In this document: piece after piece, positions 22,951 to 34,346 of the stretch
Position numbering within the stretch: position 1 is the first letter of the stretch
How the letters are laid out: the number at the start of each line of letters is the position of its first letter
Source of the DNA: Callorhinchus milii
Lineage: Eukaryota
DNA length: 64,000 nucleotides
Assembly (NCBI RefSeq): GCF_018977255.1
Contig: NW_024704742.1
Location: forward strand, 81,780,001-81,844,000
Reading direction: 5' to 3'
Position numbers and translations under genes: made by a program
The notes under the pieces: generated by a model
Seen by the model: only the letters and a program-made list of their open reading frames with translations
What the model was told of the DNA's origin: nothing
Database searches by the model: none

Positions 22951-25537
22951 GTGCATGGATAAAAAAGTCTCACTTATTGCACCTGAAGGAAAGCACCTTC
23001 AAAAAGGTAGCACACATCCAATTGCTGCACAGAAATATCAGCCCTAACTGTGTAGTGAAATTCTCAACTGTATACTTTTCTGGTTCCGAAGTGAGTCAAA
23101 CTGGTACTTACAAAATGTGAGGTGAAATAAGGCCGAGAGCAGAATGGTGGGGGGCGGGAGGTGAGTCCTATTGAGCCCTAATTATGAGAAGATGAAGGGA
23201 AATGGATGGGGGTAGAGGGGGATGTTTAAGGGCAGGGATTAGAGCAGAGGGTGGATAGTGTGGGTGATAGAGGATGGGTTTGGCTAGAATGCAGAGTGAG
23301 AGTGCGAGGGAAAAGGAAAGTGGTGATCATAATGAGCTTGCTGGTTTCCGCAGTTTACATTCTTGAGACACCTGCCCTTACTAAAGCTGCTTCCACCTAC
23401 TCTGGTATCCCTCCCAAACACCTGTATCAATTTATTGCACAGGTCCTCAGTAAAACTCCTTGCGTTTTGTGAGGATCTGCAGCCTGAGGTCACAAGCCAC
23501 ATCATTCTGATCATTTTTACAGTTCTGTTGTGATTTTTACTTTTTATTTTTATTTCTACTCAAGCTCTTAAAATTCCAAGGCCAATATTCACAATCTTGT
23601 AAAACCTTCCCTGGGTTCAGGCAACATTGTAATTCACAAGGGCAGAGCAGTCTATAAATGTCATTTCAGCCCCAAGATTAAATTATAACCTGCTGCTCAT
23701 TCACAACTCTCTGTTATTCTTTTGCATAAGAGCTAGAAAGCCAATGTTTTTTATTTAGATAAAAAGGAAAAAAAATCATTAGCACTAGACTGTGGTTCAT
23801 ATAATAATAATGGTGATCCTTGCATTCAATAGTTCAGTGATAATCTCATAAAACTCTTCAGTTTTTTTTCATCGTACAGTTGCTGAGTATGTGTAGGCGA
23901 ACAAGGCAGACAAATTGAGCACAATAATCCCACTAACAGCGAAGAAGTAGAGGATTATTTTTATGTGGCGGGTCAGATGATATTATTACATATTTGATAT
24001 CCCATTGACATGCAGATGAGATTTCAGTTAAGCATCTCATCCAAAGAACGTCACCTCCATGATGGCAGTGTTCCCTCAACCCCACAATGGAGCAACAACA
24101 GTCTATCCTGGGGCATTAATCCGCAACTCAAAGGTGAGAGTGCTGCTGACATAGCCAAACTGACACTGGAGTATAGTTTAAAAATTATTATTTTAGATTT
24201 CCGTGTGCCATATTAAATTACTGGACTTCATAATATTTTGAGGTGTTCAGCAGAACCCCAAAAGGCTACATTGTGCTATGTCCAGTACCAAAGCTGTGAT
24301 CTGTCCTCAGTTTCCACGTCTGGATTGTAGTAATGAATAAAACCAGGAGTCAGAATGAGACTGAACGGCCCGACGACCAATAATGAAAATGGGATGAATG
24401 GCAAGGCAGGCCTTCTGTAACTTATATTCAAAGCCCTAGATTAAGATGAAATTGCTGGGTTTATTTAATTACTGGAGGAGCCTGGATCACAAAAAGGACA
24501 AAGGGCTGATCTATAGTAAAACAAATTACTAAATATGAAGTAGATTAAAGGCACAGCATTTTATCTTTTAAATACAGCTCAGGTAGCAAGGCAGAAAAAT
24601 AAAGTGATGGATAGGTAGATAGGTAGAGGAAACTTGGAGCCACATTCAGCAAACCATAGCAATGCCTCCATTTGTTCTGCTTTTCGTGGTCTCTGTGCAA
24701 TTATAGCAGGTGCTGATTCTTGGCACAGAACAACTCATTGAAAACTCAAACAAATTTACACTCAGCTCCCACTGACTCTGGATAGGGCCTACATTGAATT
24801 TGACTCCCGGTTCTGGCACTCACTAAAGCACATGCAAATGCAAAAATGTAGCCGTTGTGTTTTAAATTGTTTGTTCATGGTCCCAGTTAAATCATTCGCT
24901 TTTGTATACATCTTGCCCATTCCCTTTAACTTTATTAATCCTTGCTTTTGATACAGAGCCTATAACATTTGGAATGTTTCAAAGAACTTCACAAGGTTTC
25001 TGATGTGTAGTGACTGTGCATTTGTAAGTGAACCTTTTCAACACCATTGAGATGCCTCAAAGTGCTTCATAGAATGTACTGTAAGGTGAATTACAATATA
25101 TTTTTGAATAGAGCCATGGGATCTTTAACCTGTACAGGCAGATGGGATCTCAGTTTAACATTTCATCCAAAGGATGGCACTCCTGACAATGCAGCACACC
25201 CCCAATACTATATTAGAGTGTCAGCCTAAACAATATGGGTTCCAAGATCGGATGTGGGATTTGAACCCACAACCTTTGTAAACATCTGGATAATGTCTCC
25301 ATTTAATGATCTGTTTCACCCACAAAATACACAGACAATTCACTTTACAGTATATTCTATGAAGCACTTTGAGACATCTCAGCAATGTGATAAGGCACTC
25401 TATCAAATGCAAGGATTATTATTATCATCATCTACTTTAACTTCTAAGTTTTCTTTCATAAATGTAAAGCCCCCAGATCTGAAGTGCTCACACTGTTTCA
25501 GTTAATTCCTGTTTAACACAACACATTGTTCATTTGT

Positions 25538-25847
25538 GGAGTCCTGTAGCTCAGTGGTTAGAGCACTTGCTTTGCAAGCAAGAGACCTGGGTTTGATTCC
25601 CGGCAGGGCGAAACCTTGAGCAAGTTTCTTTACTCCACATGCCTGAAATCCCTCAAGAAAACCCAATAATAAATTGGTCACTTCAATCCACGACTGTTTG
25701 TGGGACACTTTTGTGCGCAATTGGCTGCTGCATTTCGCCCACAAATATACAGTTAATTCACTTTACAATCTATTCTGTGAAGCGCTTTGAGACGTCTAGA
25801 AGACGTGAACAGCGTTATATTCAAATGCAAGCATTATTATTATTATT
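25538..25847 (+). mobile_element. Young tRNA-Ala-derived SINE, short subfamily
   Basis: Complete head, body and (att)n tail. Confidence 0.92.
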
Positions 25848-26544
25848 TATACTGTAACACATGACACCTACTCCAATAAGTCTATGATTGAGGTTGATCA
25901 CACAAACTTACTTGAAGCCTATTACACTTAAGTTTAAAAGTGCAATACTTTTTTTGTTGCTAATAGTGCTAGGAAAATTGTCACTTTATAATATTAATCC
26001 TTAGATTTGATATAGCGCCCTATCTTTGAAATGTCTCAAAGTTCTTTACATGATTTTACCATAAAGTTCAGTAACTGTGTATTTGTAGGCGAATGTGGCA
26101 GCCAAATCACACACAGCAATGTTCCACAAACAAGCCATGAAGCCACTCTGGGCATCCAGTGTTAGTGTCAATTATTCAAGGCCAGACGCAACAGGGTTCT
26201 GTTGTGTTTATAATGTACATTTTGCAGTGACTTAGCATGGAAAGCACTGCAATGAATTGGGGTTGAGCGGGGCGAAAGCAAAATGAATCAGGCTGGAACC
26301 CTATGGCTGAGACTATCTTGAGAAAGTGGCTTTGGCAGCACATTGATTCATACTGCGGCAGGCATGAATCAATTTTATCTCTGCTGATCAATGATCCTTT
26401 AAAGAACTTTTGAGAGTCAGTGATGTGTGACCGGCTCTTTATTATTAAATAAAAATACACTCTTGCTATTGTGCATGTATTCAGCTTTACCAATGAAATT
26501 AGGAGTGGAAAGCTTAAGTCAGCGACTCTTTCCTTGGAGCCCTT

Positions 26545-26763
26545 CCGCTTCACCTTTTCCCTTGTTTCTTAAAGCCCTCTCTCAAGACCTACCTCATTCA
26601 CCATGTCTTCCATCATCTTCCTACTTCCCTCTTGTCCCCTTGCCCTCCACCCCTCTTGATTCCAGCCCCTAGCTCGTGTATAAACCTTTCACTGACCGAA
26701 ACCTTGGGACATCCACCCGACATGAAAGGCACAAGATAAATGTAATTGGTAGTTGTTGTTGTT
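26545..26763 (+). mobile_element. L2 3' UTR fragment (tail type A)
   Basis: ctcaagacc...ccttgggacatcc.cccgacatgaaaggc...(gtt)n. Confidence 0.75.
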
Positions 26764-29700
26764 CTTAATTACTTTATTGCTACAAAAGGCATCATTTCGC
26801 TTCCTGTAGTATGAATGGAACACTGCATTCAGATTAAAGCTGAATTTACCTCTTCCCATAGAACTACAGAATTTTACTACTACGGATAATGATCCCTGCA
26901 TTTGATATAACACCTTATCAGGTGATTGAGACACCTCAGAGTCAGACTGCTGAGTTAAATTAAGAATTGTTTGATGAACTCACACCACTATGAAATACAG
27001 AAACGCTGCACAAACTTAGACCATAAAGGACCATTACAGGCAGCAGGCAGAGAAGTTCATCCCAACAATCATACCTGAATTTCACTTGGTGCTGAAAGGC
27101 TGCTGCCTAAACCATGGCACTGCCCAGTCATCGCATGTTTCTTTTCGTGCTCATGAAAACACTTAGTTTACATAATAGACCTTAATATTCAGGTGCTTAT
27201 TCAGTTACACAGATTTTTTTTTACAAAATCAGCATGTCTGCTCCTATCAGGCTACATGGAAAGCTTGTAGATGCATTCAATCCAAGAAAACAATAGCTCA
27301 GCCAGAAATGAGCTGATCATCACACAAATCTGTGCAGATAGTGAACCCAGGGAGGTTTGGTGTTGGGACTCATGGGGAATTATTTGTTATGTTTGGAGAC
27401 CATTTGTCTTCCAAACACTGCATTCCAGTTAGCTCTGAAGGAGAACCTGAGCCTGTTCTGAATGTGATATTAAAACTTCCACATTCTTGTATTCTTTTCA
27501 CGCTGCAAACCCATTTTGACAGTGATGCTGACAGGCGGATGAATGCCTGGTGGATACCTGACAGCACTTCCAGGCTGACAGGGAGGTGCAGCACCTGACT
27601 CTCAACCTTCTGCCTGGATCTCCTCCTCCAAAGCTTATTCACACCTTCTTAGCTTGAACACTTTTAGTTCCTAAGAAATTACACACTTCATTACTCCTAA
27701 CCGGACTGGATGAACAATAATGAATTGGTAATAAGCAGAAAACTGAGATTATTGACACTGAAGCAGTCGAGCAAAATTGTTTTGGTCTCTCAGGACAAAT
27801 AGCTGTCAATGCAATGTGCTCACTCTTCCATGTGGCAGACAAAGCCCAGATAATGTAAATAAATGGCTCGTGGTCAATTTTCTTTGTAACTGATTTAATT
27901 TTTTATCGTCAGCTCGAAGCATAAATGAATCGGATTGTATGAGAATTTTTGTGTCTAAGACGCCTTCTCACATTTCCCGGTAATAATTTACCATATAGAC
28001 AGCAGAAGGTTATGCAAATGTCAAATTTTATCCAAACAAAGAAAGCAATGCAGAAGAAACAGCCCTGAACAGCCATGTGCTTGAACAAGGTGTGGAATTC
28101 ATTGTTGTCCCTTAGTGCTACCCAGTGGAGGTGTTAATCTCTGTCTATTGGAACAATGTGACATCCTGAAGATTCGCAGAATTTGCCAAATCTTAGGTGT
28201 GAATATGCCTCTTCTCCTGCTTTCTTCTCTTTCAAACTGGGAGATGAAGGAAAAAATCATCTTTGCCCTTCACTTTAGTGATTACTATTGTAAGATTGAA
28301 ATACTGTTATAAAAACCATATCATGTTTATGGGGGTCGTGTTAGATGTGACACTTATCCAATGAACAGCTAAAATCCCAAGTGCAACTTGGCACCTGCTC
28401 TACTCATTAAATGAACATTAGATTCAAAAGGCCTTCAAGGTATTTTCTGTAATTTTGTTACTTTTAATATTTCTAAGCTGGAGGCTACAAATCTCAAACT
28501 AACCAAGGTTAATATTCATCGTACGCACCTCAGGTTTCTTGAGGAGCAAGGAGGCTCTACAAGAAAATCAGCACTGAATGTGAATATTTTCATCTGAATT
28601 TTAATGAAATGCTGAGATTCCTGACCCTCTGTAAACCAGACATAATGATTTGGTATTTATCTGTGTGGTACGTTGGCCAAGGGGCCATTCTTCATCAGTG
28701 AGTCAAGACAGTGAAGTCCAGCTTGTTGTTCAGTCATGATACAAATCATAGCTGAGCCCCATCCTTTCCAGAGGGATGACATTCCCGTTGACAGCATATG
28801 TTTAATGGTGTGCCCATATCGCTTGAAGTATAATAATAATAACTTACATTTATATAGCCCCATTCATGCCAGACAGCATCTTGGAGCAATTAAATAGAAA
28901 TTGTTGTAATAGAAATTTACAGGGCAGAAGGAGGCCATTTGTCCTATTGAGTCTGCACTGGTAAAACATGGAGGAAAACCTGTGAGAAGCTGTCATGGCC
29001 AATATCACTATTCTTCACAGTGAGAAGAATTGTGGTATCTGACATCCACATGTACCCAGGAAGAATCACAGTCTACTGCTCAGGGGTATTCCTTATAAAT
29101 TTTCTGACCTGATGCAGTTTTCAGACGAGCCTGGAAGAGATGGGATGAAACAGATGAAATGATATCAAGATGACAAAGGAGTTGACTCTGAAGTCATTAA
29201 CTGATGATAATAACAGTGCTCGGATTTTTTAACCCATACACCTCCCCTCTTTCCTACATCTCCCGCAATACCTTTACTTCACAAGTATCAATTTACCTTC
29301 CTTTTAAATACCTTTCTTTGATTCTGTGACTATAGACGTCGAGGACAGTCCATCATCACATTCTTATAATTGATTTTAACCACCCTTAGACGCTACCCTG
29401 AGTGAAGGGTGCAACATAAATGCACGTTGTTGTTGTCAATTGTATAAAGTAATGCTTTCTGAGATCTCACAAGAGATCAGCAGGAAACAATTGCCATATT
29501 TCATTTCATCTCTCCTTTCACCAAGTTTATTTTTCTCCTTCTTGACCTAGTGAGTAGAAAACAATTTGTCTGAATCCTAAAGAGTTAGCCATTGCTTTTA
29601 ATTTAAATTAATTTAATCTAATTTAAAACTGTTTGGGTTGAAATTAAAAACTCAAAATGAAAACATAACTCAAAAAAATCATGCTATTGTTGCAGATCAC

Positions 29701-30104
29701 TTCTATTATTTTCAAATGTCACAAAACTGTAATAAAAACTCAATCTGAAACCACCAATGTAAATTTTATGAGCCTCGAAATAAAACAGCTGGATGATTTC
29801 TTTGAGCTGTTGCCAGTTTCTCAGACTCAATTTATTTTCCATATCCTGAATACCAGTATTATGACAAGACTAAGATAAGTAAAAGGCATAGTTGGTGCAG
29901 ATTTGATTGCAAGTAGCTGTAAAATCTAATCTCTACAGGATAATAAAAGGGACAGTGAATTACCTTTTAAGCATATGCCTTTGGCAGCATGAATAAAATG
30001 TGCATCTTATTCCATGTGAGTGCCAGCTCACTGTAACTGTTCCCTACAAAGAATCAAGTATCAAGAATCAAGCACCCGATACATCGCGATCTATTTATAA
30101 TAAA

Positions 30105-30522
30105 TAATAGCTGTCCTTGCTTTTGACATAGCATCTATAACATTGGAATTTCTCAAAACACTTTATGGGTAATTGTTGTCAAGTGTTGCGACGTGTATTT
30201 GCAGGCAAAGTGGTCAGCAATTTGGACACAGCAATGTCCCACAAACAACAACAACTTATACTTATATAGTGCCCTCCACGCAGGGTAGCATCTCAAAAAA
30301 CAGCCACGAAGGGCATAGTCAATTTGATTTGAGGGATTGTTAACCAGGAGAAATACCATCCTCCTGGTATTGGGAGAAATACCATCCTCTTTTCAAATTG
30401 TGCCATGGGATGTTTAACATCAACCCGAGCAGGTAGACAGGACCTCGGTTTAACCTCTTATCCAAAGGATGGCATTTGAAATGCAACACACTCCCAGGAA
30501 TGTATTGCAATGTCAGCCTAGT
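30105..30522 (-). mobile_element. Old Deu-SINE with a ~50-bp L2 type-B tail insert (30245-30295)
   Basis: Well-preserved Deu block (ttaaaccgaggtcctgtct...atcccatggcac) on the minus strand. Confidence 0.8.
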
Positions 30523-31511
30523 CATTCATCTTAATCCTTTCAATTCTTAGCAAAGGTGGCTGGGCAACTTTCTTAATAAGCAGGGTAAAGCTTGAATAGA
30601 ATGCTGTTCATGTGCATCTGATAATAATTAATAATACCAGGTAGAAGCAATGATATTTTTGGGTCTAAGCTATGGCTCCAAGATGTTCTGTGCATAACAA
30701 ACATAGTTATGTTTCATCGGCAATTGCAAATACTGGAGGTCAATGTTCAGGGCTGGATTCACAGCCGCGTGATTTTAACACATCTTATGTATTGTGACAG
30801 CACAAGAACTTCACACACCAGACTGCTGGTTAGTGGGAGATTTTCATTCTCATGAGATATCTGCTGCAATTAGCAGCACGATCCTCTCTTTAATTACATT
30901 ACTAATCCATGACATAAAATATATTCGGAAAACTGTTAAAGTAGTCACGAAGTTTCACACATTGAAAAAAATAATGATTCAGATGTCCTGAATTTATTAA
31001 CTCAATGAATCACAATTTTTTTTCCTGTTGAGTTATTTTTGTATCTTATTGGTATTAATCTTTCTGTTCATTGATGACCTGTCTGCTAAGAGTGGTGACC
31101 TACTTACACCTACGTTCCAACAGAATTCTGCTCGCCGGGGGCTAGATTCCTGGACAAACCTATGCTTGGTGAGTCCCTAAAATAAATAAGATTGCATTTC
31201 ATATAGTATCGAAACACCAAAGGGCTTCTGTAAAGTGTAGTGACTGTATCTATTTGTTGGTGAATTTAACAGCCAATTTATGTACAGCAATATCTCACAA
31301 AAAGCTGTGAAGTGAGTGATCAACCTTATTTAGGGGAGTGTTGGCCAGGACACTGGGAGAAACTTGTTTCTCTTTTAGAATAGTGCCAAGCGATCTTGAA
31401 CATCCACCTGGACAGGCAGATAGGACATCAATTTAATATCTCATCTGAATGACAGCATTTCCAACAATACAGTGAACCACCAGCACTTCACTGGATGTCA
31501 ACCTAAAGCCC

Positions 31512-32025
31512 CAATAATAATAGTAATAATAATCCTTGCATTTGATATAGCACCTTATCACATCTTCTCGACGTCTCAAAGCGCTCCACAGAATAATAAT
31601 AATCCTTGCATTTGATATAGCGCTTTCCACGTCGGGAGGACGTCCCAAAGCGCTTCACAGAACACACTGTAAAGTGAATTGACTGTATATTTGTGGGCGA
31701 ACGCGGCAGCCAATTGCGCACAGAATATACTGTAAAGTGAATTGACTGCATATTTTGTGGCCAAATGCAGCAGCCAATTGTGCACAACAGTGTCCCACAA
31801 ATAGTCATGGATTGAAGTGACCAATTTATTATTATTTTTGAAGAAATTATTACGCCCAGAAAAGCGATTTGCCAATCAACTAAAAAACGGGTTCCTATTT
31901 ACTGCGAGGCGAACAGAGGCGTGTGGAGTAAGGAAACTCCCCCAAGGTTTTGCCCTGCCGGGGAATCAAACTCAGTTCCTTTCACTATCGAGGTACGTAC
32001 TCTAACCACTGAGCTACAGGACTCC
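31512..32025 (-). mobile_element. tRNA-SINE, long subfamily, containing a 5'-truncated young SINE (31596-31718)
   Basis: Two successive tails; 9-bp direct repeat cacagaata at 31587-31595 and 31719-31727. Confidence 0.9.
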
Positions 32026-32682
32026 AAGATACTCTTGCCCCTCCTCTAAGCTGAAGGAATTTGTGTAGAGGGGGAGGCAAGCTATGTCATGCACTGAGAT
32101 GCTATTTTTTCCTTTATTGCTGATGCCTCTAGCAACGTTTGCACTGATTTGCTCCACAGAGTGCTGGACTTGCACTGAACCTACCCATGCAGTAAGCTCT
32201 GATTACAATCATGTGCTGCGGCCAGTTGCCAAGTGGAAACCAAAAACTTCCCCACAGGAAGAGAAAATCTAACCTATACAGTACTGATTTTTAGGTTAAA
32301 TCTCTCTGTTGTAATAGGGCCCTCAAACTTGCTATGTGGAACCCATGATAGCCCTGCCTTGCAGAATCAGTACCATCCCTCAGTGTCTTTTGCTGGAAAA
32401 CAAATGGAGTGGGAACTGAACTGGTTTCTAACTTAGTCTCGAGCTACAACGAGGCTATCAAAAGGTTTCCAATAAACACACGGGCCGAAGGGGAAGTGAG
32501 CTATAAATGGCCACCGGGCATTTTCTGAATAGCACTGATCTGGACTCATGTAGACCTCAGACAGGTACATATATTAGGTGACAGGTCTTTATCTGCTGCC
32601 TAAGCACAAGTAACAAAATCAAAGGCAGATTTCATGGTGGCTCCTGGGCTGCCATTTATAATGTGTTAACACAAGCGCCATA

Positions 32683-33890
32683 CAACAACAACAAGATTAC
32701 ATTTATAAAGCGCCTTTCACGTCAGGAGGACGTCCCAAGGCGCTGCACAGTTGGGTCATGACCCGAGCAGGGGGGGAAATGGTCAGGGTGAGGGGAGGGA
32801 AAGGAGGGAGCAAGGAGGGGGGAAATGGTCAGGGTGAGGGGAGGGAGGGAGCGAGGAGGGGGAAGAGAGTCGAGAGGGGAGCTGAAGGCACGGTCAAAGA
32901 GAAAGGTTTTGAGACCGGCCTTGAAGGAGGAAAGGGAGGAGGCGGCGAAGGCACTGGGGGATGGAGTTCCAGAGCCTGGGGGCTGAGAGGCTGAAGGCCC
33001 GACCACCGATGGTAGGGCGGTTGGGGCGGGGGACGTGGAGCAGACCGGAGCCAGAGGAACGGAGGGTACGGGCAGGTAGGTAGGGGGATAGTAGGTTGGA
33101 GAGGTAGGAGGGAGCAAGGCCGTGAATGGCCTTGTAGGTGAGGGTGAGGATCTTGAAATCAATCCTCTGGGGGATGGGGAGCCAGTGGAGGCGAGCGAGG
33201 GTGGGAGTGATGTGGTCGCGAAGCCTGGTGCGGGACAGTACACGAGCAGCAGAGTTCTGAATGACCTGCAGCTTGTGGAGGGAGGTGGCGGGAAGGCCGG
33301 CGAGGAGAGAGTTCCCATAGTCCAGCCTTGAGGTGACAAAGGCGTGGACCAGGGTTTCAGCAGCGTGAGGGGTGAGGTAGTGCCGTAGTCTGGCGATGTT
33401 CCGGAGGTGATGGAAGGCGGTGCCAGTTGTGGTGCGGATGTGAGGGAGAAAGGACAGCTCAGGGTCGAACAAAACGCCGAGGTTCCTGACTGGCTTTGAG
33501 AGGTGGAGAGTGCAGTCTTGGATGCTGATGGTGTCAGCGCCTGAGGTGCGGAGGCGCTGACGTGAGCCAATCCGGAGGGCCTCAGTTTTTCGCACGTTGA
33601 GCTGAAGAAAGTTGTCTCTCGTCCAGGACTCGATGTCGGACAGGCAGCTGTCAGGACAACGGTGGTCGTGGAGTTGAGAGTAGAGGAGGAAAGGTAGAGT
33701 TGGGTGTCATCCGCATACATGTGGAAGTTAACTCCATGTCTGCGGATGATGTCACCGAGGGGGAGCATATAGAGGGTGAAGAGGAGGGGACCGAGGACAG
33801 AGCCCTGAGGGACACCACATGAGACAGTACGGGGGGTGGAGGAGAAGCCATTCGTCGAGACAAAGTGAAGACGGTGAGAAAGGTATGAAA
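32683..33890 (-). mobile_element. Young 5'-truncated L2 LINE (RT C-terminal half to 3' tail), frameshifted
   Basis: [25 protein letters not shown], then a frame change near 33645 into ORF 32894-33595 (KTEAL...NLGVLFD...[10 protein letters not shown]...LHWLP); type A tail; CpGs well retained. Confidence 0.96.
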
Positions 33891-34049
33891 GTATACAAGT
33901 ATGAAAGGCATGACCAGGGGCGAGTCTTCCTGTCACAATGACAATAGTGTGAGTGGTTCACATAAATGTTTTCCCTCCCTCCTCTTGTGTTCTTTCTTCT
34001 TTTCTCCTCCCCTCTCCTCTCTTCTCTTTACTTCTCTCCTTCAGGTGTA

Positions 34050-34346
34050 ACATATTCCATAGGTGTCAGGAGCTACCTCTATCTCTGCCAAGAAGCCATC
34101 CTTAATGTGTGAGCCATGTTTGCATGACAGCTGGGCCTGACCTTGTCCTTAGCTCACATACACACACTCTCCAGCAAGAAGCAGCGACTAGCTACCAGAA
34201 CAAACCAAAACATGAACTCACTAGTTCACTCATTAGCTTCATGGCTCTGAGGCCACACCGAGGGATTGAAGCTGGGATCTGCCTCGCTTGTGTGGCTTAG
34301 TATGAGTCTAGGTAGTAAATTTACCCCTTGAACCATCAGGGAGCCT
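34050..34346 (-). mobile_element. Ancient tRNA-like SINE of a separate family
   Basis: Head ggctccctgatggttca...cccagcttcaatccc; 3' block ggctcacacattaaggatggcttcttgg resembles gactcactgatgaagaatggccccttgg at 28676-28705 (-). Confidence 0.55.

Noticed and set aside
25566..25583. Apparent compensatory change in the anticodon stem (CTTGC/GCAAG)
   Set aside because: Both changes are ordinary CpG decay (CG>TG and CG>CA), so they are not evidence of selection.
27332..27842. Overlapping 67-90 aa ORFs in unique DNA
   Set aside because: No recognisable domain and no consistent splice-site pair; lengths are within chance.
32722..33936. 404-aa ORF as an intact gene
   Set aside because: Only about 85 aa are L2 RT; the rest is an off-frame read of C-rich L2 after a frameshift.
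33965..34044. Very strong plus-strand polypyrimidine tract with CAG acceptor
   Set aside because: It coincides with the purine-rich 3' tail of the minus-strand SINE at 34050-34346, and no convincing exon or donor follows.
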